64,000 nucleotides of DNA, taken from Octopus vulgaris. Taxonomy: Eukaryota. The translations under genes were made by a program, and so were the position numbers. Under the pieces are notes generated by a model. The model was not told the origin of the DNA. It searched no databases and was given only the letters and a program-made list of their open reading frames with translations. This document shows, in pieces, positions 15,079 through 29,879 of the stretch (within the stretch, counting starts at the first letter, position 1; every line of letters starts with the position of its first letter). Where the stretch lies: assembly GCA_951406725.2 (NCBI GenBank), contig OX597822.1, positions 53,568,001 to 53,632,000 of the forward strand, given 5' to 3'.

Positions 15079-16363
15079 CAGGCTTCTTCCAGTTCCTGTC
15101 AACCACTTCCACGCACAAGGCTTTGGTAAGCCCGAAGCTCTAGCAGAAGAGAATTTCCCAAGGTATCACGCAGTGGGACTGAACCCAGAACCACGTGGTT
15201 GGGAAGGAAGCTTCTTACCACGCAACAACGCCTATACACACACACACACATTCCTTTAAATGTTTCGCCTGTAACTGGGTCTGTTAATTGAAGTCTGGTG
15301 TTCTTTGCCACTCAATGATGCATGCATAACAAACTACTAAATCTTTGCCATCTGAATGATCATATGCCGACCAACCATGTAATACATGTCGTTTTTCTGC
15401 AGGTAGACTGTAAAGACGTATATATGTACACAATATTGAATATACTAATTCAGCATTGCATTTAACTGAGAAGAGACATACGATAGCTGTGGTAAGAGCT
15501 GAAGATCATAAAGTGGATTGAAATGTAACCTTTGCTTTGTATCTCGTTAACAAGCAATGGCCATACTCAATACTGAGTTGACTTCCATTAACACGTGTAT
15601 CTTTAAAGATACATATGAAGCCATCAATCTGATAGATATGTAAACATCTATAGATATAGCCATCTGACTGTCTATTTATCTATCTATCTATCTATCTATC
15701 TACCTAAAGGTCTTCCTATTTAATTCTCTATCTACCTATCAATATATATTTGTACCGACTAATCTCTCTTTCTTACTATCTATATATCTATTTATTTTCC
15801 TAGCTATCTGCGTAGCTATCTATCTATCTATCTATATATATATATATATATATTTATATATGTGTGTGTGTGTGTGTATGTACATGCGTGTATATGTGTG
15901 TATATACACGTATATTTATACATATATATCTATCAATCTATCTGTTTATCAAAATAGCTAGCTAGCGAGGTAGAGAGACAAACAGACGGACGGACGAACA
16001 GCCAGATGAACAGCCAGGCAGTCAGACAGACAAACAGACTGACAGACAGACAGACAGACGGATGGATGGATGGATAGATGGATAGATAGACCTATTTGTT
16101 TATATGTTTGTCTCGCTGTTTAACCAACCAACAGTAACAAAGCAAATTAGCTAATGAGATAGCAAGGTCATGAGATAGTGATTTGTATGTTATTTCCAAA
16201 TATGAGAATATAGAATAGACTTGTGTTCGGAAATTAGATCTAAACAAATGTCATGATTCAGTGAATTGATTTATGATAGCAAACTTTGTCTATAAAATAC
16301 TTTTGACATGTGGATAGTGTGATACGTTTTATAATAGATACATCTGAGAATAAACACACACAA

Positions 16364-16406
<43 letters not shown>

Positions 16407-16468
16407 CATACATACATACATACATACACATTCACACAATATGTGTGTGTGTATGTGTGTGTGTGTGT

Positions 16469-16534
<66 letters not shown>

Positions 16535-16667
16535 CTATCCTGTCTATAAGATAGAAAACATACCTGCATATATTGTGCGTTATTTTTAATCGGCAGAATT
16601 CACAGAGTGACTCAAGTAATAGATAGATAGATATAGAGAGAGATAGACAGACAGGCAAACAGATAGC

Positions 16668-16757
<90 letters not shown>

Positions 16758-16802
16758 TACTGTTACTGAATATCTCTGAGAGATTTAGAAATACTGTTTC
16801 TA

Positions 16803-16839
<37 letters not shown>

Positions 16840-17191
16840 GCGCGCACACACATACACACACACACAACTACATTAATACATAAATGCACGTATAAGTATA
16901 TATATGTGTGTGTGTGCATGACGGAATGCAGTTTGGAGCTAACAAACGAAAGAAATCCGACGATTCTGTGTAAAAGAAGAGCGCGAAGATTTATTATAAA
17001 TTTATTATAACTCTCTGTTACCAGGCAGAATTTCGTAACAAATACGTCACACGAACAACAGTAAACACGAAACCGAACAATAATATACAGTAGTTTCGGC
17101 TTCAAAACACACACAGAGACACATACATTCACAGAAAAGCACATATGTGTGTGTATACATACATACATACATACATACATACATACATACA

Positions 17192-17227
<36 letters not shown>

Positions 17228-17699
17228 TATGTACATACTCACACACACACACACACACATGTATATACATATATATATATATAATATATATTGTAGAATT
17301 GCTATTTCCAACGAGATACCGTGACAGCAAACGAGATAGCGTAACTGTGTAGAACTTCATGTAAATTCATATATATCCAAATTCCAATCAAGTATTAAAC
17401 ATAATTTTTCCTCCGATATACTTTCCGTATTTTATAGGATTGAAAAATATATAGACCGTATATCCGAGAGTAGAATCGAACAGAAAATTTAACTTGTTTG
17501 CACATAAGACTATCATAAATTTCCTAATCTTTACACGTGTTTCACTGGCGCACACTAGTATTTTGTATCGTTTATCGTTACGCAGACGATCACATAATCC
17601 CATTGAAACGCTATATCTTCAAAAGAGAATAGTAATTTAATCCCTAATTTTTTACCACCGACATTACTTGGTGTACAATCAGATGAATATATATATATA

Positions 17700-18215
17700 G
17701 CCTCTGTGCAGCATATAAGCTATTGGGAAAGACTCAAGAGATTAAGACTCTGTTCCTTAGAGCGTAGGCGAGAAAGATATGCCATAATATACATCTGGAA
17801 GATCCTGGAAGGACTTGTCCCAAACTTTGGCATCGAGAGTTACACAAATACTAGAACTGGGCGCCACTGCATAGTGCCAAGGACTCCAAATTTGCCATCA
17901 AGATGTAGGACAAGATACTGTGATAGCCTGGGCTTCAGAGGTCCACAGCTCTTCAATATCCTCCCGGAGGACCTAAGAGACCTACATGGAGTGGATGCAG
18001 ATGTCTTTAAAATAAAACTGGATCTCTTCCTGTCAGGTGTCCCAGATGAACCAACTTCACGGCAGGAGGTGCAGATGAGGGCAGCTGCATCGAACTCTCT
18101 CATGCACCAAATGACAATTGCTAAAAAGCATTCGTGAAGTAAAATCATGTAGCAACACCGAATGGCGGTACCCCAGCATGGCCACAGCTCGTGAGCTGAA
18201 ACTAGATAAAATAAA

Positions 18216-18219
<4 letters not shown>
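17700..18219 (+). mobile_element. 3' fragment of a related CR1/L2-group LINE in (TA)n
   Basis: ORF 17706-18137 aligns by eye with the C-terminus of the 25063 ORF (SLERRRERYAIIYIWKILEGL, SLGFRGPQLFN, PDEPT, AAASNSL). Same tail type. Confidence 0.9.
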
Positions 18220-18259
<40 letters not shown>

Positions 18260-18377
18260 CAGAATGACATAATATTATATACTTATATGTGTATGTGTAT
18301 ATATATACACACACAAACGTATATATGTATATATACATACACACACACATACACACATACATACATACATACATACA

Positions 18378-18409
<32 letters not shown>

Positions 18410-18414
18410 AAAAA

Positions 18415-18502
18415 AGTAAGAGAAGTCCTACTTAATTCGTTCATAGTCGAACACGCTTCTAATCTGTCGCTAGGCCGATAGCGGCAATAAGTGTTTGTAT
18501 AT

Positions 18503-18572
<70 letters not shown>

Positions 18573-19017
18573 ATACAGAGAAGAGGAGAAGAGCAGTTAA
18601 AATAAAAACAAATCTATGCGTGTCGAATGGCCGTTGCTTTTAAATATAACAAGGACATTTTTCCTTGCTACGAAAATGACGTAAAGTGAGCGAAATAAAT
18701 GAACTCTATTTTAAGGTCAGCGGGGTTAATACAAAACTAGTTTCACATTCAATGTACAAACTAAATAAATCAATTTTAAAAAGTTAATTTAATTTAAATA
18801 AATACATACTACGATCTTCAGTTGTATAGTCCATATTTTGTGGGAAAAATATGCAAATCTTTAAAACATATTTATTTACCTTCACTCATCCACATCGATT
18901 CGTAATTCAAGATACACAATACTTTAAAATAGTAAAAACAAAACGGAGAAGACGTCATGCTTCTTCGTTCATAGTCGAACACGTTTCGAATCTGTCTCTG
19001 GGCCAATAGCGGCAAAT

Positions 19018-19049
<32 letters not shown>

Positions 19050-19271
19050 ATAAAATATTAGGGTATAAATCCAAACTTACAGGGAAAAATCAGATTTAGG
19101 ATTGAATCCAATTTTATAGTAAAATATTATATTATATTAAATTAGAGATAAAGCCACTTTTAGGTAAATCAAACAATGAAAAACTTAAGCCAATACATAA
19201 AATTAATTAATATATATTATTTTAAATATATATCAAAAGTATTAAAAGTTTAATAAAAGATCTCTAATTTA

Positions 19272-19310
<39 letters not shown>

Positions 19311-19680
19311 ATACAGACAGGTGGGGGAAGAGCAGTTAAAAAAGCCCAACTCCATGCGTGTTGAATGGCGGTTGTTTTTAAATAAAACAAGGGCATTTCT
19401 CCTAGGTGCGAAAATGATGCAAGGCGAGCGAAATAAATCATAGTATGTACCTTATTTAAATTAAATTAACTTTTTAAAATTGATTTATTTAGTTTGTACA
19501 TTGAGCGTGAAACTAGTTTTGTATTAACCACGCTGACCTTAAAATAGACTTCATTTATCTAGCTCCCCTTACATCATTTTCGTACCAACGAGAAATGGTC
19601 TTGTTTTATTTAAAACCAACGGCCCTTCAGCACGCATGGAGTCGGGTTTTTTTAACTGCTCTTCTCCCCGTCTGTATACA
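18415..19680. repeat. Tandem-plus-inverted non-coding repeat cluster
   Basis: 18420-18500 resembles 18948-19025 (direct). 18568-18700 resembles 19305-19438 (direct). 19439-19678 is an inverted copy of 18572-18815. Blocks are separated by (TA)n. Confidence 0.7.
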
Positions 19681-19806
19681 TACATATATATATTTGTATA
19701 CAACTGTGTATACACAGATATATATATCTACTCACACACACGTATATATATACACACATATATATACATATATATACACACATACATCTACACACACATA
19801 TACACA

Positions 19807-19846
<40 letters not shown>

Positions 19847-19852
19847 TACATG

Positions 19853-19894
<42 letters not shown>

Positions 19895-20126
19895 TACATG
19901 TATATACATATATATATATATACATGTATATACATATATATATATATACATATATATACACGTAAACAAACACTGACTCAAACAAAATAAAACAATTATT
20001 AAACTCTACTTTGATGTTCAGTACTTTCTTTTGACAGTCAGCTCCAAATGGGTACGTGTCTGTCTGTCTGTCTGTATGTGTGTATGTATGTAATATATGG
20101 GGAGAGAAGGATATGCATGCATAGAT

Positions 20127-20179
<53 letters not shown>

Positions 20180-20403
20180 CTTGCATATATACATACATGC
20201 ATACATACACAGATATAGGCATACATGCAGACAGACAGAGATATATAGAGACAGACAGACATGTATACATACATTCATACATACATGCTTACATACATGT
20301 ATACATCCATATATACATACAGCGCTCTGATAACACTAGATTCCATTAGTGGTCCATTTATATAAAGTGAATTTAGCTGAAATGAAACTAGCAGCAGACA
20401 CAA

Positions 20404-20545
<142 letters not shown>

Positions 20546-21185
20546 TGTTGTTGTTGTTGTTGTTGTTGTAGTAGTAGTAGTAGTAGTAGTAGTAGTAAAC
20601 ATACTTTAAAGCCGAAATATTGTTGACTCCAAAGGAAATGATTTCGGCATGATTTCCTGTAGTTTTTGTCTAATCTGTTAATTTGCTTTAAGTGGATCGA
20701 ATTCTTAGTGTACACAACCATTCAGTTGACATGTTAAGCTGTTTTAAAACAAGTAACTGTTCTTAGGAAGAAAACTTGACACAAAAAAATGCGCCCAATT
20801 CTGCTTCAATAATTCTGTGTGAACAAATGTCTTTATCAGCTGGAATTCATATTATTATTATTATTATTATTATTCATATTATTAACAATGTTCTGGTGTT
20901 AAAAGCATCGTGTCTAAGAACCTATAGTAAGGATTTTAACATATTCTTTATAAGCTTCATTGCAAATATCCGGATTAGAACAATGAAAACAAACATAGCA
21001 GATATTATATACCTCAGTAGAAACTCACTTTTCGCATCTATATATTAATATCGACTCCGAAACTTAACAGCTGTGAACAATTGATAATAGAATTGCACAA
21101 TCACACAATTTATACTTTCTTTCATTGCTGCCAACTCCAAGATTACTAAGCAATGACGTCAGAGAATTACTAAACAAGATAACCA

Positions 21186-21229
<44 letters not shown>

Positions 21230-21306
21230 ATCATCATCGGTATCATCCTCATAATTATCATTACTATCACCGTTATTGTTATTATCATTTTTATTATTAT
21301 TATGAA

Positions 21307-21514
21307 AGCGGCAAGCTGGCAGAATTTTTAGCACGCTGGACAAAATACTTTGCGGTATTTCGCCCGTCGCTACGGTCTGAGTTCAAATTCCGCCGAGGTC
21401 AACTTTGCCTTTCATCATTTCGGGGTGGATAAAATAAGTACCAATAAAACACAGGGATCCATGTAATCGACTACTCCCCACACTAAAAATTTCAGGCCTT
21501 GTGCCTTTAGTAGA

Positions 21515-21574
<60 letters not shown>

Positions 21575-21662
21575 ATTAAGGCGGCAAACTAGCAGAATAA
21601 TCAGCACGCCGGACAAAATGCTCAGCAGTATTTCGTCCGTCTTTACATTCTGAGTTCAATTT
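21307..21662 (+). mobile_element. Two SINE family B copies in (ATT)n (others at about 1090-1200 (-), 3010-3145 (-), 6336-6487 (+), 7915-8035 (-), 33196-33320 (+), 44275-44392 (-))
   Basis: Similarity to 43694-43923. Confidence 0.75.
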
Positions 21663-22426
21663 TCTGAAATAACAGTAACAACACGCATAAACACATACAA
21701 CATTTGTACATAAACATATACTCGCATTCTATAGGATTTCACACACACACATACACACACACACACGATAACCTCACACACATACTATACACAGCTTCAC
21801 GCACATATACACACGTCCATCCGCGCACATACGTAAATACACAAAACACCCATCACTCCACACCATTCACACACTGGGTTACTTATACAACATACATTCA
21901 CATGCTCCCATACACACACATGGTCTCATACGTACACACAGGCTCATACTTTTAAGCACACCCTCACATACATTCACACACGCTCACCCCATTCACACAC
22001 ACACCATTCTTTCATAGATACACGCACTTGCGCACCCTAGTTCAGCTGGGTCACTGTTATTATCGCCCTTTGACTCAACCTCTTTCTTCCGGTCATTTCA
22101 TCATGTTGAACCGGTAATCCCTACACACTTTTCCTCACTCCGTTTTTTTTTTTTTTTTTTTTTCATTCTCTCTCCTTTTTCATTTTTCCTCTCATCTCTT
22201 TCTGCTGAAAAGTGTAGGCTCGAAACCTCAAAAACTTTTCTATTCTTCCCGAATGGCAAACTAATACACCTACTTGTTCCTTCACTTGTTTTCGTCTTTC
22301 GTTTTCTGGAAATTTGAACCCATAATAACAATAATATGGATATTATTATTAACATTAACATGGATATTATTATTATTAAGATTAAGATTATTATCATCAA
22401 CGTTCTTGCTCTTATATCTCCACTTC

Positions 22427-22472
<46 letters not shown>

Positions 22473-23025
22473 GAGTGAGAGAGCAGTTCATGCCATCAAA
22501 GTGACACTGGGGTAAAATATACGAAGCCCAATATACCCATCATGACTACCCGTCTGATAAAGGTACACCAGGCACATGCATCACAACCATATGTGCGCGA
22601 CATGGTGATCTCATATCAAGATAAACAGCACATGACCTTGCAGGTGGGGCCCAGTTAGAATTTTCTTCATTTTGAGTAGCCCATCCTGCTCAAACGGTCC
22701 CTGAATAAGGGTTGTTTAAGGATGTTGAAAGAACCACCCATGTTTCCAGAGGTGAACTATTCAAACCCCAAAGAATCCCTCTCAACACATGGCTATGATG
22801 CTCCCCCACTACTTCTGCTCGTGATCAGAGATGCACATATCGTCAGCCACTAAGGGACATGCTCAACTGGTTAAGGTCAAACAACTGACAAGCAAATCTG
22901 TGGTATTGAGCAGAATATTTGCTGTAGCCCATCTTTTATACCAAGACAAAACAATGTACATGATAACACTTCCAATCAGTTAAGATCAGAAGCCATGAGA
23001 GCCACTGCCTGGTACTGCATCAGGG

Positions 23026-23027
<2 letters not shown>
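22473..23027. mobile_element. Unclassified 555-bp insert bounded by (ATT)n
   Basis: GC-balanced non-coding island with sharp (TTA)n borders on both sides. Confidence 0.45.
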
Positions 23028-23100
<73 letters not shown>

Positions 23101-23139
23101 CATTATTATTATTATTGGAGGTGGTAGTAGTGTTGTTGT

Positions 23140-23760
23140 TGTAATGTTCAGTTCTCAAAGCTCTCGATTTCACTTGCTCCGGCTAACTCTATAAGAGCGA
23201 GCCGCAACATATTGTCAAGGGTATATCAGGGTCTTTAAACACGATACTTAACATCCAAGAGCCAGTTTCAAATTCCTTGCTGTTCCCAATAAAGCAGTTT
23301 TCTGAGCAAGTTCTACCAAATTTTCTCCAACTAATTTACCAAACCTGGTTGTTAATACTCCCAAGTCCTCCACAACTACTGGGATGACAGTTGCTTTCTT
23401 AATTGCCTACATTCATACAACTCCATCTTATACTTCTAAATCTTTTCCACTTCTTTATTATCTACTCGTACATCCCCAATGATCTTGCTTTACTTCCTCA
23501 TTTTATTAACTACAATCTCCGAGCATCAATCGCTAAATCACATTGGATTGTAAAATCTCACAAGATCTTAAGTTCATTATACTTGGTGACGCCTTCTGGC
23601 ACATACTCGTACCATTTCAATGTTCTTTCAAGACTGTACTTCTTACACAATTTCCAATGAACATACCAAGTTACGTTATCATTCTTTCTTTTGTATTCAT
23701 TTTGCGCTAATTTGTTACACTCCCGATATTTAACGCTGCTTCATTTCTGATGCCACATAT
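23140..23760 (-). mobile_element. R4/Dong-like LINE remnant (restriction-like endonuclease end) in (TAA)n
   Basis: Minus-strand peptides CNKLAQNEYKRKNDNV..YVHWKL, KWYEYVPEGV, KIL*DFTIQCD..IDARR, TVIPVVVE.LG and ELAQKTALLGTAR. Flanked by (ATT)n tracts. Confidence 0.75.
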
Positions 23761-23764
23761 TCAA

Positions 23765-23768
23765 ATTA

Positions 23769-23841
<73 letters not shown>

Positions 23842-24070
23842 CATCATCATTATTATCATCATCATTATTATTATCATTATTATTATTATCATTATTATTA
23901 TCATTATTATTATTATCATTATTATTATCATTATTATTATTATTATCATTATTATTATTATTATTATTATTATCATTATTATTATTATTATTATTATTAT
24001 CATTATTACTATTATTATTAGTATTAGTATCATCATCATTATTATTATTATCATTATTATTATTATTATT
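23765..24070. repeat. (ATT/ATC)n microsatellite
   Basis: Seen directly. Confidence 0.95.
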
Positions 24071-24816
24071 GCTATTGTTGCTGGTGTTGTTACTGGAATT
24101 TAAGATTCAAATTTTCCATAGTTTTTGTTTTCCTATGAGTAAATTTTATTTCTAGTGCTAATGATATTACGGGCTATAAGACGATTAGTGGCGTTGATGA
24201 TGATAATGATGAAGATAATGATGATGATGATGATCAGGATGATGATGATGATTTCTTTAATTAACACAAGGTATAAAAAATGTGAGGCACTATTACAAAA
24301 TATATCATAGAATAAAATGTAATACAGCACAAAATTGTAAAGTAAACATAGGAATGGGTCTAGAACATAAGTATGTGTCAGCGCACGCGTGTGCATGTAT
24401 AACGTATGTATGTGTGTGTGTATGTATGTATGTATGTATGTATGTAGTATGCATGAATGTATGTATGAATATATGTATATATATATGTGTCTATGTATAT
24501 TTATATATATATATGTGTGTGTGTATGTGTGTGTATGTATGTGTGTATGTGTGTATGTATATATGTGTGTATGCATGCATGTATGCATGCATGTATGTAC
24601 GAACGTATGTATTTGGATATTCCTGAATCAAAGCTCGAAGAACACAATTTCAAAAAACTCTGCGCCAGCGACTGTAGTTGTACATGAGTGTATGGATGTG
24701 TGTATGCATATATATATATATATATATATGTATATGTATGTATATGTATGTATGTATATGTATGTATATATATGTATGTGTATATATATATACATACATA
24801 TATATATGTATATATA

Positions 24817-24909
<93 letters not shown>

Positions 24910-24992
24910 GTATAGATATATATATGTATATATATATACATATATATATATATACATATACACATATATATATATATATATAGATATATATA

Positions 24993-25038
<46 letters not shown>

Positions 25039-25062
25039 TATATATATCTCGTATATATATAT

Positions 25063-26189
25063 ATGGTTGCAGCCAATGGAGCCCTCTCGGGAAAGACACC
25101 AATAGCAAGCGGGGTGCCACAGGGTACAGTCTTGGGACCCTTGCTGTTTTTGGTGGCGCTCTCTGACATGCCCTTGGTAGCACAAACAACATCCCTCACT
25201 AGCTATGCTGATGACACAAAGGTAGCACAGGCAATCAAAAACCCAGCTGATGCTGACCTTTTACAACAAGATCTGGATGCCATATACAAATGGGCTGAAG
25301 ACAACAACATGCAATTTAATGCTGGTAAATTTCAAGCCTTACAATATCAAGCTGTAAACACATATACATTACAACACAACTATACTGGTCCAGGAGGGAT
25401 CGAAATCCAAGTATCGAAATCAATACGGGACCTGGGGATAGACATGAGTGACGATGCATCTTTTTCTTCAGACATCGCGAAGGTGGCGACAATGTGCAGA
25501 CGACTCACTGGCTGGATCCTGAGGACATTCCGGACAAGAGACTGCGAGACCATGTTGACACTATGGAGGACATTTGTCCTAAGCCGCCTGGACTACTGCT
25601 CCCAACTGTGGTCACCGCATAGTGTCAAACTAACCACAGAGCTTGAGACAATCCAAAGACATTTCACCAAGAGGATTTCCACCATGAAAGAAAAGAACTA
25701 TTGGGAGAGGCTTAGGGAACTCAATTTGTACTCCTTGGAACGAAGACGAGAGAGATATGCAGTGATATACATATGGAAAATCCTGGAGGGACTAGCACCA
25801 AATTTTGGAATTGAGAGCTGTTCCAATCCCCGTACAGGACGTCACTGTGTGGTGCCAAAGGTCCCGTCTTCCACATCCAGGGTAAGGAGCAGATACTGTA
25901 ATAGCCTGGGGTTCAGGGGCCCTCAGCTGTTCAACAAACTGCCAAGAAAACTAAGAGATCTACATGATGCGGATGTGGACATTTTCAAAAAACATCTAGA
26001 CAAGCTGCTTTCCGGGATCCCAGATGAACCCACTGCAAGGTACGAAGGTAACCTAAGGGCAGCAGCTACAAACTCTCTCTTAGATCAGTGGCCAGCCACG
26101 GCAAACTGGACTTAGAGAGGGTAGCAACAAGGGCGGTGCCCCAGCATGGCCTCAGCCGGATGGCTGAAACAAGTAAAAGAGTAAAAGAG

Positions 26190-26191
<2 letters not shown>
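25063..26191 (+). mobile_element. 5'-truncated LINE (CR1/L2 group), RT C-terminal half plus 3' tail, inserted in (TA)n
   Basis: Uninterrupted 350-codon frame (25063-26115) with [28 protein letters not shown] and SLERRRERY. Tail gggcggtgccccagcatggcc...cagccggatggctg...(gtaaaaga)n. Confidence 0.92.
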
Positions 26192-26243
<52 letters not shown>

Positions 26244-26338
26244 GTATATATATATGTATATGTATATATATATATGTATATATATATACATATGTATATG
26301 TATATATATATATGTATATATATATACATATATATATC

Positions 26339-26369
<31 letters not shown>

Positions 26370-26374
26370 ATTAT

Positions 26375-26741
26375 ATCTTTTATTTTTATCTTTTCCTTGT
26401 TTCAGTCAATAGACTGTGGCCATACTGGGGCACTGCCTTGAATAATTTTTATTGAATGAATCCACCTCAGTACTAATTTTCTTTTAAACCCGATACATCA
26501 TATCAAACTAAAAATTACGGGGACGTAAACACACCAAAACCTGTTGGAAAGTGGTGATGGGGAAAAACACAGGCAGAAAGCCGCGCATGCGTACACACAC
26601 GCGCGCACGCACGCACACTCATTTATACATACATACATACATACATACATATGACGGCTTCTTTCAGTTTCCGTGTACCAAACACACACAAAGCTCTGAT
26701 TGACTCGAGGCTGTAATAGAAGAGACCTGCCCAAGTTGCCA
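26375..26741 (-). mobile_element. SINE family A, diverged and 5'-truncated at the mariner junction
   Basis: Body gacggcttctttcagtttccg and tail gtttcagtcaatagactgtggccat. Confidence 0.75.
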
Positions 26742-28005
26742 TGTAATTTTGTTTTCATACAAAGAAGGGACTTTAATCAATTATATATTTTTCATCATGT
26801 TCGATGAACTTTTGCCATCATTCTGGCAAATTCATGATTCCGCGCTCAGAACTTCTGGTCCTTATCAGCCAAAAACTAAAGCAAGTGCGATTTCAGGTCA
26901 TCATCATCATTGAAAGTTTTACCATTCAAAGAATTTTGCATTCAAAGTATTTTACCTTTCATAGAATTTTACCATTCAAATTTTGCTAACTTCGAAATAA
27001 ATGGTAATCTGATGGTACGAAGTTATGGCTATATGGTGAATGTGACATCACTTCCCAACCAAGTTCCAATAATTTTTCACGAGTTAGCAAAGACGTGTGT
27101 GGTCCAGCGTTGTCATGGTGGAACTCGATTCCTTTACGATTTGCCAATTCTGGCCGTTTTTCTTTGATTGCTTCCAACAGTTTCATTGCTCATTGACAGT
27201 AAACACCTGAATCGATCGTTTGGTTCTTGGGAAGTATTTCAAAATACACAACAGCTTTATAATCACGCCACATTAGCAGTATGACCTTTTTTTATGCAAT
27301 TCAGCTTTCGATGTGGCTTGTGCTGGTTCATTACGCTTGGACTATGATCATTTTCGATTGATGTTATTGTAGGCAATCCATTTTTTTATCACCAGTGACG
27401 ATTAGTTTCAAAAAAAGATCGATTTCATTGCGTTTGAGATGCATATCGCAAATATTGAATCGTTGTGTTAAGTGAATCGCTTCCAATTTATGCTGAACCC
27501 AAATATCGAGCTTCTTAACGAGCCCAAGACATTTTAAGTGGTTTTTCATTTGTTATGTGTGATGCATTTAACCTCTTTGCAATCTCTCGCACAGATATAT
27601 GACAATAAGATACAAATATGGATTATATGCGGTCATCATCAACTTCAGTGGGTCGACCAGAACGTTGGTCATCTTTGAGTGAAAAATCCCCAGAACAGAA
27701 TTTTTTAACCATTTCTAACATGTGCAATCAAAACCGTAAATTTCAAATATCTCTTTATGAGCCTCAACATATGTTTTGCCTTTATAGAAATGAAAAAGCA
27801 AAATATTGCGAAAATGTTCGTTTTTGCACTTCTTGTTAAAATTGACACTGAACTAACAGCTGTAGACAAAACTATGCGCAAAGGAAGCTATAAGTAACGG
27901 CTATCAAAATATCAAAAAGACAAAAAATCATAACATTGGCGAAAGTCATTCAAATAAATCTTAACTCTATTTGCGAAAAACGAAATTACTTTCTTGCCAA
28001 CATGA
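26742..28005 (-). mobile_element. Decayed mariner (mellifera-like)
   Basis: Fragments LGLVKKLDIWVQHKL, IVTGDKK, HHDNAGPH and HSPYS..VPSDYHLFRS. TIR-like end gttggcaagaaagtaatttcg near 27980-28003. Confidence 0.85.
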
Positions 28006-28934
28006 CATCTTAGAAACCATTTAGATGGATGGATGGATGGATGGATGGATATGTGCATATGTGTTCGTGCGTAGTACATGAGCATGTGTGTGTGTGTGTA
28101 CGTGAGCGTATGTATGTCTGTATGTATTGATGGATGGATGGATGGATGAATGGATGGATGGACAGGTGCATATGTGTGTGCGCGTATATGTGTGTGAGTG
28201 GGTGTATACGTGTGTGTACTCGGTCACGTTCCAAACTGTTAAAAAGTTTGAACAAGAGTCATGAGATCTCAAGTTCAATCCTCCTGCGGTACAACTTGGC
28301 CAAATGTCTTGATCATCTCTTCATCTAATTCAAAGGTTCAACCTTGCCACGTCTTATATTACGCTCATTCTACATGAAGATTAAATACAGATCACAAGCG
28401 GTTTTCGTATACTCATCCACTTACATAATAATTCTGTGCATCGGTAAATTCAGTTGATCGAACGCTTGGAATACTCATTGTCGATTTCGACGGAGGATCC
28501 ATATAAATATACATGTGTGTGTGTGTGTGTTTCGGAGTGTTTAAGTGCCTGTGTGTGCAGGGGAATGATAAATGTGGCCTGGTCTATGCGTCTATTAACT
28601 GTGTGTGTGTGTAAGACTTTGATAATAATGATTCCTAATTGCGCGATGCCGGCGTTTTGCAAATGAACCAAAATTAGAAAAGTTCCATAAAAGAAAAGAA
28701 ATTCTTGAAATATTCTTTCATTGCAAATTTTGGTTTTGCTCTCACACATTCTTTCTCTCCTTCTCTCCCCCTCTGTCTCTCTCACACTATGTATCTCTTT
28801 ATCTCTTTCTTCACATATAGATATATGCGTATATGTACATACATAGCATTATATATATATTAGCAATACACACACACATACATACATGCATATATACACA
28901 TATATATATATATGTATATATATATATGTATATA

Positions 28935-28982
<48 letters not shown>

Positions 28983-29533
28983 TTTGATCTTGACACTGTA
29001 CCAATGTATCTACCTTTCAATCTGTGAATGTGTCTGTCTCTCTGCCTTTATGTACTTATGCACGTATGTATATGTATGTGTGTTTATATATGCATATGTA
29101 TGCTTGTAAGTACATTTGTATATATGTAAGATGTGTATGAACGTACATGCATACGTATGTCTGTTTCAATATGTGTTTAACTTTCTGATATTAATATCTT
29201 ACTTCCTGTTCAAATATATTCTCTACTTTAAATAGACATTATCACAGTATAATATATTCCAAACCAAGATTAGCAAATATTCACTAATTCTAAGACATGC
29301 TCCATTGCTGGCCTTGCTGAAATATACCAGAACACTTTCCATGGCAACATTCCTTCCATAGCATTAACACAGTGATCGACAAACGCTTTCTGTTCTCTGT
29401 ACTTGCTGTTTCGAATCTCATATATATATTATCAATAATAATAAAGGGTAAAATTAGTTAATCAATTAATAATTAATCATTTTGCCAAGTAGTTCGGTAT
29501 GTTAAAAGAACCATTATCGGTAACTTTATGCAA

Positions 29534-29734
29534 AAATTCTATAATTATAAGCATAATTATAATTAGGGTTCAGCAATTAAGGTTCTCTTTACCTGCGTGA
29601 GTTGAGAGTATTGCTGTCTGGGAGATATCTTATAGTAGTGGAATAGTATTTAACTGCTATTTCTAAATTTCGGTATGTGGTGAAGCAATTTGTGCTGAAC
29701 CCTAATAATAATTATGCTTATGATTATAGAATTT
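29534..29734. repeat. Inverted repeat with about 42-bp arms
   Basis: aaattctataattataagcataattataattagggttcagca / tgctgaaccctaataataattatgcttatgattatagaattt. Confidence 0.7.
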
Positions 29735-29813
29735 ATATGTGTGTGTGTATGTGTGTGTGTGTGTGTATATGTGTATATATATGTATATGCATATATATAT
29801 GTATATCTATCTA

Positions 29814-29868
<55 letters not shown>

Positions 29869-29879
29869 GTATGTATATA

